Shown here piece after piece: positions 1 through 8,830 of a DNA stretch of 32,000 bases. Numbering within the stretch: position 1 is the stretch's first letter; every line of letters starts with the position of its first letter. Both the position numbers and the translations under genes were made by a program. Below the pieces are notes generated by a model. It worked only from the letters and a program-made list of their open reading frames with translations, had not been told where the DNA came from and ran no database searches. Source of the stretch: Candidatus Nitrosopumilus koreensis AR1 (GTDB lineage: Archaea > Thermoproteota > Nitrososphaeria > Nitrososphaerales > Nitrosopumilaceae); the NCBI RefSeq assembly GCF_000299365.1, contig NC_018655.1, positions 540,001 through 572,000 on the forward strand, read 5' to 3'.

Positions 1-1
1 C

Positions 2-322
2 ACAATTGTTGGTGTTGATTGCTCTTGGAATTTGGCAGATCAGGCGTTCTCAAAAAAATTTAATGGTATTAAACGAAAACTTCCTCCATTACTTGCAGGT
101 AACCCTGTAAATTATGCTAAATTAAATAAACTAACAACAGCTGAAGCTTTGGCTGCATCTTTGTTTATTTTGGGCCAAAAAGATCAAGGGTTGGATTTAC
201 TTGATAAATTCAAGTGGGGCCATACTTTCTATGAATTGAATCAAAATCTATTAGATGAGTATTCTAAAATAGAAAACGAGGAACAAGTTGAAGTAATTCT
301 AAAAGATTATGGATTACTGTGA
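2..322 (+). CDS. tsr3: Tsr3-like 16S rRNA aminocarboxypropyltransferase (DUF367), C-terminal part; the 5' end lies outside the window
   Basis: The frame of listed ORF 32..322 stays open back to base 2 (TIVGVDCSWN...), so the gene is cut by the window edge. The DCSW motif, NPVNYAKLNKLTTAEALAASLFILG and FKWGHTF match my recollection of Tsr3 proteins. A T7 tract at 325..331 follows the stop directly. Confidence 0.7.
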   Translation, partial: TIVGVDCSWNLADQAFSKKFNGIKRKLPPLLAGNPVNYAKLNKLTTAEALAASLFILGQKDQGLDLLDKFKWGHTFYELNQNLLDEYSKIENEEQVEVILKDYGLL

Positions 323-2769
323 CGTTTTTTTATCAAAACAGCAATCCCTGCAACTATGATTATTGGGATTATCCAAATCTCGTATATTGTTTCATTTTCT
401 AAAAATTCTATGTTCTCTGAAGAAATACTTGGCAATTCTGTTTTGTCTTCAGTTACAACAAAACTTGATTCGTAGAAATCCGGTTTGAGAACTGAATTTG
501 AAATTGCAAATATTTTGATGTTACCTGTACCTGTAATTAGTTTCTCTGAGTCTTTTGCATCAATTTTGATGTTTGTTTTGTTCGTATCCATTTCTATAGA
601 TTTTGATGATATCATATTTCCTTGACTGTTTGTCAGAAAGTATAAGATGGAATCTGTATTTTCAGCCTCTACTTCTATTGAAAATTCTTTTCCTCTTTGA
701 ATCGCATCTTTTAATTTAATTTCTTTAATGTTTGGAAAATCTGAATTTTCAAATTCAGACCAACTTCCAATTTTAAAAGGATATGAATCATCATCAAAAG
801 CACTTACTGAAATCGTTCTTGATTCTGGAGAATATGATTCTAAATAAAATGGACCGTTACTAATTACGGCATGGTTATTTTCCTCAATCCATTTTATGGA
901 CGATTCAAATCTTTCTTGGAAATATTTTGATTCTAAATTATTTTCCTCTAATGACACAGGTTTGTAGTTAGAATTTTTGAATTCCTGTAAATAGTTTTTA
1001 ATCAAATTTGCATTATTTGGAATTATCAATGATAGCCAGCTGATGTTTTTACTGGTTGCACCTGATCTGGAAAATGATACTTTGCCATCCAATACTGCTT
1101 TTTCCATTGCTGCAGAGATTTCCCATGGTACTGAACTCCAAATAACTGCCCAGTCTGCTATCTCCCCCTCATCAAAATGCCAATAATTTACGTAAACTTC
1201 AATGGTATCTTCATCAATTTGATTTACTCCTATAATTGTCTGAATACTCTGTGCTGTCCGAGGGGTAAATTCTGTATCGTATGTCTTATCATTTTCGTCT
1301 GTTTGTGTTCCCCACTCTATTGTAAAATACAAAGAATGCAAAATATCATTCATGTCTATTTTTTGACCATTATGCCAGTTTCCAAAACTAAAATCAAAAA
1401 CAACTTTACTTGTTGCCATTGTATTTGGCTTGACGTTTTCCCATTTTTGAGATACTGGATTCCACATTGTTGCTTTTGTGGGCACCACAAGACTGCCTTC
1501 AGGTCCTGCTGTTTCAACTTGCCAGTTTGTTCTAATTGGAAATGTCTCTCCAGTAAATGGGTGTTTGAATGTTCCAGGATCCGATATTGTGCCCCAAATA
1601 TGTCTACTGTAACTATCAGTTAATCCCATAACTGGATTCCATGCGCCTTGATAGATCTGTTTGACTCCTATGACAAGCTCACCATTGTCGCTTTTTGCAT
1701 TAATTGGAGTGAATCTGCTAGGTATTCCTGCTCCAAAATCATTTACAACACCACTGATTTTTTCATTTACTACATATTGATCAATTTTACTTGCCAAAAA
1801 AATTCTCACAGACTCGTTAATTCCTTCTACAACTGCTTCTTGAATTAAATTTGATCTTTCTTCAGATGTGTCAAAATCTCCTGTGTAAATTTTCTGTGTA
1901 ATCTCATCTAATTTGTCATTTTTGTAATTCCAATATGACGGATCATTAAATCCTGGCATATTTGAAAACCATGGAGAATACATCTGTCCTAATCCTACGG
2001 AATCATATCTTACAAATGCTGAACGTCCCCATCCTTCAGTATACAAACTCCATTGTAAATCAGATGGATTTGACCCGTATACTACAACAAATGCCTTATT
2101 CAAATCCCCAAAATCTTTTTTGACTGAAAAACCTATCCTGTCTAATTCCACTGCAAGAATCTCTCCAATGGATTTTCTAACTGGGTCATCACTTCTGATA
2201 AAAATTTTAATTTCTATGGGTTTTGAGTCTGCCATCCATCTGCCTTCTGTTTTTATTGCCCCTTTTTCTTTGAGAGCATCTGTGATGATTTTTTCTGCCA
2301 GATCTGGATTATATTGAAAGTTAAATTTCTCCAATTCTTCTAAAATTGTTAGGTATTCTGGGTCAGAAGGGCCATAGTATGAAATCATGGGTGAACCATA
2401 TCCTCCCATCAACTCATTTACAATTAATTTTCTGTCTACTAGATAATTTAATGCAAATCTTATCTCTTTTATTGAAAATGGATTAAACTCCTTAGACTCT
2501 GCTGGATTTACAAGAATGCTATATGAGCCTCCTGTTGAATCAAAAACTTGTAGCCCTTCTCTTGCTTGATGATTTTCTAATCTATCTGATGAAATCCTGT
2601 AATAATACATATCCAAATTTCCATTTCGGACTTCTTCTAGTGCTGTATTCTCATCTAGATACTGAATAAATTTTACAGAATCTACAAAAACATTTTTTTC
2701 TGCAAATGCTTGATTGTTTGCAACAACTACAATTGAAAGAGCTAGTATGAAAACTAGCAATTTTTTCAT
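307..2769 (-). CDS. Extracellular solute-binding protein, family 5 (DppA/OppA/NikA-like), with extra C-terminal domain and C-terminal membrane anchor
   Basis: Signal peptide MKKLLVFILALSIVVVANNQAFA. The body has a family-5 SBP look (LVNPAESKEFNPFSIKEIRFALNYLVDRKLIVNELMGGYGSPM). About 200 extra residues follow, then the TM segment IWIIPIIIVAGIAVLI and KKRH at the C terminus. Confidence 0.75.
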   Translation of the reverse strand: MKKLLVFILALSIVVVANNQAFAEKNVFVDSVKFIQYLDENTALEEVRNGNLDMYYYRISSDRLENHQAREGLQVFDSTGGSYSILVNPAESKEFNPFSIKEIRFALNYLVDRKLIVNELMGGYGSPMISYYGPSDPEYLTILEELEKFNFQYNPDLAEKIITDALKEKGAIKTEGRWMADSKPIEIKIFIRSDDPVRKSIGEILAVELDRIGFSVKKDFGDLNKAFVVVYGSNPSDLQWSLYTEGWGRSAFVRYDSVGLGQMYSPWFSNMPGFNDPSYWNYKNDKLDEITQKIYTGDFDTSEERSNLIQEAVVEGINESVRIFLASKIDQYVVNEKISGVVNDFGAGIPSRFTPINAKSDNGELVIGVKQIYQGAWNPVMGLTDSYSRHIWGTISDPGTFKHPFTGETFPIRTNWQVETAGPEGSLVVPTKATMWNPVSQKWENVKPNTMATSKVVFDFSFGNWHNGQKIDMNDILHSLYFTIEWGTQTDENDKTYDTEFTPRTAQSIQTIIGVNQIDEDTIEVYVNYWHFDEGEIADWAVIWSSVPWEISAAMEKAVLDGKVSFSRSGATSKNISWLSLIIPNNANLIKNYLQEFKNSNYKPVSLEENNLESKYFQERFESSIKWIEENNHAVISNGPFYLESYSPESRTISVSAFDDDSYPFKIGSWSEFENSDFPNIKEIKLKDAIQRGKEFSIEVEAENTDSILYFLTNSQGNMISSKSIEMDTNKTNIKIDAKDSEKLITGTGNIKIFAISNSVLKPDFYESSFVVTEDKTELPSISSENIEFLENETIYEIWIIPIIIVAGIAVLIKKRHSNP

Positions 2770-2849
2770 ATCGTTAATTTAATCGGCTTATAATAAAACC
2801 TATATCACAATACCCTGTTGTTCTTATTTCCTAAAACCTAAATTCTTTC

Positions 2850-3503
2850 GTGATTCATGAAATCCAATTGAAAATTAATCCAAAAATGATTGTTGGTCTA
2901 CAAGGAATTATTCCTGGTGGTGTTTCAGTAAAAGATTTTTCAGTTGTATCAAAAATTAATGAATCTGAATCTAAAACAATTCTAGATGAGTTTATTAAAA
3001 ATCAAATTGGAACAAAACAAGATAATTTTTATTATTTTGAAGACGGTGACAAACTAAAGATAGCCATTTCCTTACTTGAGAAAGGATTTCCTATAGATGA
3101 CATCTCGATTGCACTTGATTGGAAAGATTTTGAGGGGTTGACTGCTGAAATTTTATCTTCAAAAAATTTTGCCGTGATGAAAAACATGATTATGACAAAA
3201 CCTAGAATGGAAATTGATGTAGTTGGAATAAGATTGGGTGTTGCAATCCTGATTGATTGTAAGCATTGGAAACGCTATAGCATGTCGTCACTTAAGTCTG
3301 CTGTAAAAAAACAAATTGAACGGACCAAAAAATATGTTGCAAAAACAGAAGGTGCAATTGCTGTGCCTGTTATAGTCACATTATATCAAGATAAAGTAGA
3401 TTTTATTGAAAATGTTCCCATAGTTCCTATTTTTCAATTCTCGTCATTTGTTGATGAGTTTTACGGAAATATTGATCAAATGAGAACTATAGAAAAAGAC
3501 TAG
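2850..3503 (+). CDS. Hypothetical protein with PD-(D/E)xK nuclease-like motif
   Basis: 217-aa ORF with a GTG start (alternative ATG at 2886). The segment MEIDVVGIRLGVAILIDCKHWKR fits the D...(D/E)-x-K restriction-endonuclease-fold signature. The N-terminal half could be a small helical or wHTH-like domain. No family name recognised. Confidence 0.45.
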   Translation: MIHEIQLKINPKMIVGLQGIIPGGVSVKDFSVVSKINESESKTILDEFIKNQIGTKQDNFYYFEDGDKLKIAISLLEKGFPIDDISIALDWKDFEGLTAEILSSKNFAVMKNMIMTKPRMEIDVVGIRLGVAILIDCKHWKRYSMSSLKSAVKKQIERTKKYVAKTEGAIAVPVIVTLYQDKVDFIENVPIVPIFQFSSFVDEFYGNIDQMRTIEKD

Positions 3504-5232
3504 TAATGAAGAATCCGACTCCTCCAATCAGGAACACTTTGGTGATTTTTAACGAGTTGTCTAACGCCTTTGAATAATCCTCGTAAATTCCCTGCCCCAT
3601 GACTTTTACTTTTGTTTCGTTTTCTAAAATCTCAAATTTTGCAGTTGTCGTATTTGATTCTGCATTATTTGCAATATCTAAGAACCATGACGCAAGTTTT
3701 TCTGCACTTGTGATTAGTCCTAGTTGATAATACCCATTTCTGTTTCTTGCTTTAACAGGTGCATAATGAGTATCTGAAGTACAAATTTCAAGTAACTGCA
3801 TATCTTTTCTTGCAAACAAATCTATTATTTTCTCTCTTACTCCATTTTCCATGTTGTTTGCATCTGCCCAACCTAGGAAGTATTTCTTTTCGTTTATTTT
3901 GAGACAAACTATCCCTAGACCTCCCATTCCTAAATCCTCAGTCCATACATCCATGTTGTCTGAATTTGCGTAACCAAACTCGATTGGAAAACTGTCTTTT
4001 GTAATTAGCGTGTCTAGGCATGATTTTGCAGCCTTTAGCATATCTTCTCCGTCTTCGTTTGAAATTTCTTCTCCCATCGCATTATGACAATCAACAATTA
4101 ATGGTTTTGAATAATTTCTATTTTTAGCATATTGTTCAATTTCATTTTTCATATAATTTGGAATATCTTCCATTCCATGTGGTGATAATGATAAAAACAA
4201 CAATGGGTTTTTTCCAAAAAGCAACCCAATCACTCTTGCTTTGTTGATTTGTACCGTTACTGGTTCAGTACATTGCAATCCCTCTTCTTTGATTTTACTA
4301 TTTTCCAAATTTTTGAGATAATTTTCAACTTCATTTTTTGATGGGAGATTTAACGCATGATCTGATATGCTGTGCATGACCATGGCTGATGATGATAAAT
4401 TTTTATAAATTAGATATGGTATGTTGCTTCCTCCCACAGGATGATATGGCCCTGGGTGAATTTCTGGTAATACCATTCTGAATTCCTTTTCTCCATTTTG
4501 TGCTGATAATCTAATTTGTGATGTTGCAACCTTTGTTTCACTTGAGCGTTGTTCCATAATCTCTTCAGCTTCTGTATGATCATTTTTTTGAGATGCCAGA
4601 TATGCTTGGATTGTTTTATGAGTGCTCTCCATCCCTGGCCTTCCAGCTCTATCTGTTAGAATTGACCACACACTTGCTATAATCATAAATGAAACTCCAT
4701 AACCTAATGCAAGAGGGTCACTTAACATTGGAATCCATTGGTCTTGTGGTGTTAGAACCAAAAACATTGCCAATGGTTGAACAAAACAAATGGCCCATGC
4801 TTTTTTTATGCTCACTCCTAATGTTGTAGTGTAAATTCCAATTCTGAAACTTGCAAATAGAAACATTCCAAAAGTTACCAGAAATAATGATGGCTCTTTA
4901 GATAACACTACACTGGCAAGCAATCCTAACAACACTGTTGCTGCCCATAACATGTTTGCAAATAATGATGAATGCAGTGATTTTGAATATTCTTTTTTCT
5001 TTGTGAATCTTGTATCAAGTAATTGTGTTAAGAAAAGTACTGTCATGACTGCAATCACTATGTGCCATGTCTCTTCCAGACTAGTTCCAAAATAGCCCAA
5101 AAGTGTTGCTAGTGAAATTATTGCAGAAACTCCTAGTGAGACAACTAATGAAAAATAATGTGAAGATGGATTAACTAGAGTAAGAGAAAACCTGTTGTGA
5201 ATATTCGAAACATCGTCTGCTGCTTTTTCCAT
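3487..5232 (-). CDS. Large polytopic membrane protein, probably the archaeal DUF2070 family
   Basis: 581 aa. The N-terminal ~200 aa contain about 6 hydrophobic helices. A soluble C-terminal region carries His/Asp-rich motifs (HPGPYHPVGGSNIPY, HSISDHALN, DCHNAMG, CTSDTHY), and a final TM (VFLIGGVGFFITSLFL) closes the protein. The DUF2070 assignment is from memory of size and topology only. Confidence 0.45.
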   Translation of the reverse strand: MEKAADDVSNIHNRFSLTLVNPSSHYFSLVVSLGVSAIISLATLLGYFGTSLEETWHIVIAVMTVLFLTQLLDTRFTKKKEYSKSLHSSLFANMLWAATVLLGLLASVVLSKEPSLFLVTFGMFLFASFRIGIYTTTLGVSIKKAWAICFVQPLAMFLVLTPQDQWIPMLSDPLALGYGVSFMIIASVWSILTDRAGRPGMESTHKTIQAYLASQKNDHTEAEEIMEQRSSETKVATSQIRLSAQNGEKEFRMVLPEIHPGPYHPVGGSNIPYLIYKNLSSSAMVMHSISDHALNLPSKNEVENYLKNLENSKIKEEGLQCTEPVTVQINKARVIGLLFGKNPLLFLSLSPHGMEDIPNYMKNEIEQYAKNRNYSKPLIVDCHNAMGEEISNEDGEDMLKAAKSCLDTLITKDSFPIEFGYANSDNMDVWTEDLGMGGLGIVCLKINEKKYFLGWADANNMENGVREKIIDLFARKDMQLLEICTSDTHYAPVKARNRNGYYQLGLITSAEKLASWFLDIANNAESNTTTAKFEILENETKVKVMGQGIYEDYSKALDNSLKITKVFLIGGVGFFITSLFL

Positions 5233-5239
5233 TGTTTTT

Positions 5240-5407
5240 TCACGGAGCTAGAAAGATATCGATTGCCCATGATATTGCAATTAAGCTAATGGGAATTGAT
5301 ACTACAATTTTTGGATCTAATTTGAACCCTTTTGTCTCATCTTCAAAGAACCTCATGAGCCCTCCACTTGATGCTGGAAGTGGTGCTGATTTCTTATTGC
5401 TACTCAT
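5240..5407 (-). CDS. secG: Preprotein translocase subunit Sec61-beta (archaeal SecG/Sec-beta); not in the supplied ORF track
   Basis: Hand translation of the minus strand gives the 55-aa protein MSSNKKSAPLPASSGGLMRFFEDETKGFKLDPKIVVSIPISLIAISWAIDIFLAP. It has the basic N terminus, the SGGLMRFF(E/D)E motif and the single C-terminal TM typical of Sec61-beta. Its stop lies 7 nt upstream of the next minus-strand gene's ATG (5232). Confidence 0.8.
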   Translation of the reverse strand: MSSNKKSAPLPASSGGLMRFFEDETKGFKLDPKIVVSIPISLIAISWAIDIFLAP

Positions 5408-5442
5408 TACACTTCGAAAACATGGATTTTGACATAAAAACT

Positions 5443-5772
5443 TTATTGTTTGGTTTTTACCTTTTCAATCGTTTCTAATAATGAATTAATTGATTTTAGT
5501 ATGTCTTGTTGTTTGGTATGATCTTTTTCATCCTCTAATTCTTTTGATAATACTTGCATCTTTTTTTCCAAGGTTTCAATAATTGGAGATTGACTTTCTT
5601 TAGATTTGGTTTGCGGGATTTCCTTTTTTTCAGGTTCGCGACCACAACTTATGCATAATGCATGACCTTCTTTCATCACTCTTACGCCCTTACAGTATGG
5701 ACAAGGCTCACTGAGTAATGTTGCTCCTTGTAGTAACATCTCTGCTGCTTTTTTTGTGAGATCTTTTGACAT
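5443..5772 (-). CDS. UPF0148 / autoantigen-p27-like zinc-ribbon protein
   Basis: AAEMLLQGATLLSEPCPYCKGVRVMKEGHALCISCG matches the N-terminal helix plus CxxC...CxxC ribbon of archaeal UPF0148 proteins. The tail is charged and coiled. Confidence 0.65.
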   Translation of the reverse strand: MSKDLTKKAAEMLLQGATLLSEPCPYCKGVRVMKEGHALCISCGREPEKKEIPQTKSKESQSPIIETLEKKMQVLSKELEDEKDHTKQQDILKSINSLLETIEKVKTKQ

Positions 5773-5873
5773 GGTTATTCTTGAATTTTCTATCTAAAAA
5801 ATCTCATTATTTTTTAAAATTCTGTATTCAAACAAGGCTTAATAGTGCGTATGATTGAATTTATTTCGAACGA

Positions 5874-6182
5874 ATGGCAGTAATTTGTAATACTTGTGGT
5901 CTTCCAGAAGACTTGTGCGCATGCGGTGAACTTGCCAAAGATAGCACCAAAATTATAATTCGATTAGAAACAAGACGATTCAAGAAAAAGGGTACTATGA
6001 TTGAAGGTTTAGATCCTAAACTGAATAATTTGGAGACTGTTGCAAAAGAACTCAAAAGCAAGTATGCATGTGGCGGAACTGCCAAAGAAGGTTATATTTT
6101 CTTACAGGGTGATCATAGAGACACCATCAAAGATACTCTAACACACCTTGGTTTTGCCGAAGAAAGTATAGAACTACATTAA
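5874..6182 (+). CDS. sui1: Translation initiation factor aSUI1 (eIF1 homologue)
   Basis: 102 aa. N-terminal Cys cluster CNTCGLPEDLCAC, then IIIRLETRRFKKKGTMIEGL and LKSKYACGGTAKEGYIFLQGDHRD, the classic SUI1 core. A TTAATAG TATA-like box lies about 30 nt upstream of the ATG. Confidence 0.9.
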   Translation: MAVICNTCGLPEDLCACGELAKDSTKIIIRLETRRFKKKGTMIEGLDPKLNNLETVAKELKSKYACGGTAKEGYIFLQGDHRDTIKDTLTHLGFAEESIELH

Positions 6183-6188
6183 AGCAAA

Positions 6189-7178
6189 TTGCAAAACCAA
6201 AACAAATTACTTCAAGCTGTTGGGATTCCTTTTACTGCATTACTGTCTGTTATTTTTGGATTATTCCTTGTATCATTTCCTATAGGTGTGTTTGTTGTGT
6301 TTGAAAGTGATATTGGCAATGACATCAACTATGCTTTCCCTGTGACTCATTTGGAATTATTTGAAGGAACTTCTGTGTATCAGACTTTCTCTGACGTTAG
6401 TATTGGTGATGTTTTTGTAGTTTTATGGATTTTTTATGCTGTTTTGTTTGTAATTGCGCTATTGGGTCCTAAAACTGGATTTTTAAAATCATTTACGTCT
6501 CTCATCTCTTTTGGAAAATATGATGCTACTTCAAACTATATGATTGGCATCACAAAATGGTTCTCAATCTTAGTATTGGTTTCTGCCTTGATCAATTTTA
6601 CCCAAGAACAGTTTGGAATAGTTACTGTCCCTCCCCTTGATGACAATGACTTGATTCAATTCTTTTATGTCTCACTTGCCCCTTTGATAGAAGAATTTGG
6701 ATTTCGTTTTATTTTGGTTGGAATTCCCTTATTTGCACTTTATTCTCGTAGATCTTCTGCAAAATATTTTTTGAAATGTCTGTGGAATCCTAGAAATCTT
6801 GACATTCATGATTCTAAGAAAGCCATACTTCTGATTGTTTTTGTTGGGGTTTTGTTTGGATTTGCACATATTGCTTTTGGTGAATCTTGGAGTGAGGGCA
6901 AATTTGCACAAGCAACTGCTGGCGGAATCATTCTGGGGTGGGTCTATCTTAGGTTTGGATTCGTTGCATCATTGCTGATTCATTGGGCGACAAATTATTT
7001 CATTTTCTCTTATGCAACATTTCTATCCCAAATCAATGATATCTCTATTGAAAATGCATTTTCGCATTCGTTAATGTCTACCTTGGAATTATTATTTTTA
7101 ATTTCTGGTGTATTGTCTGTTGCAATGTTGATTATACACAGGTTTTATCTGAAAAAAGAATCTGCATTAGAGATTTAA
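6189..7178 (+). CDS. CPBP-family (CAAX) intramembrane glutamic protease
   Basis: Polytopic membrane protein carrying the three CPBP motifs in order: EEFGFRF (EExxxR), FGFAHI (FxxxH) and HWATN (HxxxN). TTG start. Confidence 0.8.
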   Translation: MQNQNKLLQAVGIPFTALLSVIFGLFLVSFPIGVFVVFESDIGNDINYAFPVTHLELFEGTSVYQTFSDVSIGDVFVVLWIFYAVLFVIALLGPKTGFLKSFTSLISFGKYDATSNYMIGITKWFSILVLVSALINFTQEQFGIVTVPPLDDNDLIQFFYVSLAPLIEEFGFRFILVGIPLFALYSRRSSAKYFLKCLWNPRNLDIHDSKKAILLIVFVGVLFGFAHIAFGESWSEGKFAQATAGGIILGWVYLRFGFVASLLIHWATNYFIFSYATFLSQINDISIENAFSHSLMSTLELLFLISGVLSVAMLIIHRFYLKKESALEI

Positions 7179-8087
7179 GGCTACTTTCAGGCCTTTGTAT
7201 CTATTTCTGATTGTAACTTCTGTAACCCCTGCAGCTTCGGCTACGTCTCTTTGTGTCTTGTTTTCTCCATTTGTTACACATGCAACATAAAGTGCAGCAG
7301 CAGCTAATCCCATTGGGTCTTTTCCTGCTGATATTTTATTCTCTTCAGCTGTTTGCAAAATCTTTGTTGCTTTTCGTTTTGTTTTTTCTGATAGCCCTGC
7401 TTTGCTTGCAATTCTTGAAATGCATTTGATTGGATCAACTACTGGCATTTTCAAATTTAATTCTCTTAATAATAATCTGTAACATCTTGCAATGTCTTTT
7501 CTTTTGATGTTACTTGCTTGCCCAATATCTTTTAGTGTTCTTGGGGTTTCAGTATCACGACATGCAGCATAAAGTGCAGATGCAATCAAAGCTGAAATAG
7601 AACGTCCTCTGACCAGACCTTTTTCAAGTGCTTTTCTGTAAATGTAAGCTGCTTTTTCAATAACTGCATCGCCAACTGCAAGTTTGTCTTTCAGTCTGTC
7701 TAATTCACTAAATGCCTGTCTGAAGTTTCTATCCACTGGCTCATGAACCTGACTTCTACTGTCCCATGTTCTTAATCTTTCAATTGTACTTTTCATGGAT
7801 GCAGTTAATGGCTTTCCTGTTGCATCTCTGTTTTGAGGATTGATTACAGTTGCCAATCCCATATCGTGCATGGCAAGTGATGTTGGAACTCCTGCTCTGC
7901 TTTTGTTTTCGCCTTCGTTTGAAAATGATCTCCATTCGGGACCTGACTCTTCAACTTTGTCAGTAATTACAAATCCACACTTGCCACAAAAATTTTCACC
8001 TGTATTGGCATCTGTTACTAGTGTGCCTTTGCCGCATCTTGGACATCTGTCCTTTGGATTTACTGTTTTAACCATTATATCTCCCAA
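7167..8087 (-). CDS. tfb: Transcription initiation factor IIB (TFB), canonical copy
   Basis: Complete N-terminal zinc ribbon CPRCG...CGKCG, B-reader/linker region (GPEWRSF...HDMGLATVI) and two cyclin-like repeats (RGRSISALIASALYAACR, AGKDPMGLAAAALYVAC). Confidence 0.9.
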   Translation of the reverse strand: MGDIMVKTVNPKDRCPRCGKGTLVTDANTGENFCGKCGFVITDKVEESGPEWRSFSNEGENKSRAGVPTSLAMHDMGLATVINPQNRDATGKPLTASMKSTIERLRTWDSRSQVHEPVDRNFRQAFSELDRLKDKLAVGDAVIEKAAYIYRKALEKGLVRGRSISALIASALYAACRDTETPRTLKDIGQASNIKRKDIARCYRLLLRELNLKMPVVDPIKCISRIASKAGLSEKTKRKATKILQTAEENKISAGKDPMGLAAAALYVACVTNGENKTQRDVAEAAGVTEVTIRNRYKGLKVALNL

Positions 8088-8190
8088 AACCTTTTATGAT
8101 AATATTTAACATTTTCTAAACCATTCCTTATAAGTCTGTTGATGATCGTACCTAAAAAATAGTAATTTTCAGGTTCTTTTTTTGATTTTG

Positions 8191-8829
8191 TTATGCTGTT
8201 TCTAAAACTTTCTTAATTTTTTCTGCAATGTGTGGTTTTTCTTTCTGTTCTAAAAGAAACTTCAAATCCTCTGCATTGTCTACGTCCCACATTATTCTTT
8301 TTACAAACACCATTGCAACATTTAGTGTGTGCTCTTTTGCAGTATTCATGTGGATCTTGTAACTATCTTCGTCATAATGAGTCTCCATCAAATCAACTGG
8401 CATTCTTACAAGCGCATTTGTTCCATCAAATCTTCTTGATGGAACAATTATGGCAAAGTTGGGTGGTGCTTTGTAGTTTAACATAAAATCAATGTCTTGG
8501 GTTTTGATGTATGGTATGTCTTGGGGGAAAACAATGGATGCATCAAAATTATTTTCTAACAGATATTTGTCTGCAAGTGAAACTGCTCCATTAACACTTT
8601 CTTCTTTTTCATCAATTATTGTATGTGTGTTGAACCTTTCTCCAATTTCTATTGCTTTTTTTTCTTTTGTTACCATGATAACTTTGTCAATTTGAGGTGA
8701 AATTGAAACTGTCTGCAAAATTTCCTCTAACATTATTTTACATAAACTCTCTATTTTCTGTGGAGATAAATCTAGACGTGTTTTTGCATTAGAGAAAGTC
8801 TTTACAGGAATTATTGCAGCTATTTTCAA
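8191..8829 (-). CDS. cofC: 2-phospho-L-lactate guanylyltransferase (F420 biosynthesis)
   Basis: The N terminus MKIAAIIPVKTFSNAKTRL is typical of CofC. Its length of 212 aa fits, and it starts 1 nt after the cofD stop on the same strand. Confidence 0.75.
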   Translation of the reverse strand: MKIAAIIPVKTFSNAKTRLDLSPQKIESLCKIMLEEILQTVSISPQIDKVIMVTKEKKAIEIGERFNTHTIIDEKEESVNGAVSLADKYLLENNFDASIVFPQDIPYIKTQDIDFMLNYKAPPNFAIIVPSRRFDGTNALVRMPVDLMETHYDEDSYKIHMNTAKEHTLNVAMVFVKRIMWDVDNAEDLKFLLEQKEKPHIAEKIKKVLETA

Positions 8830-8830
8830 A

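Noticed and set aside
1177-2317. Listed + strand ORFs 1177..1623, 1648..1848 and 2120..2317
   Set aside because: They lie entirely antisense within the well-supported 820-aa SBP gene. Their Cys/Phe/Ile-rich, low-complexity translations are typical of the reverse frame of an AT-rich gene.
5232-5432. Listed 66-aa + strand ORF
   Set aside because: The opposite strand encodes a convincing Sec61-beta (5240..5407). The + ORF has no recognisable features.
5861-6085. Listed 74-aa minus-strand ORF
   Set aside because: It is antisense to the unmistakable aSUI1 gene.
8135-8160. TGATGA (C-box-like) in the tfb/cofC intergenic region and another at about 31424, considered as C/D-box sRNAs
   Set aside because: No matching CUGA D box at a suitable distance and no terminal pairing were seen.
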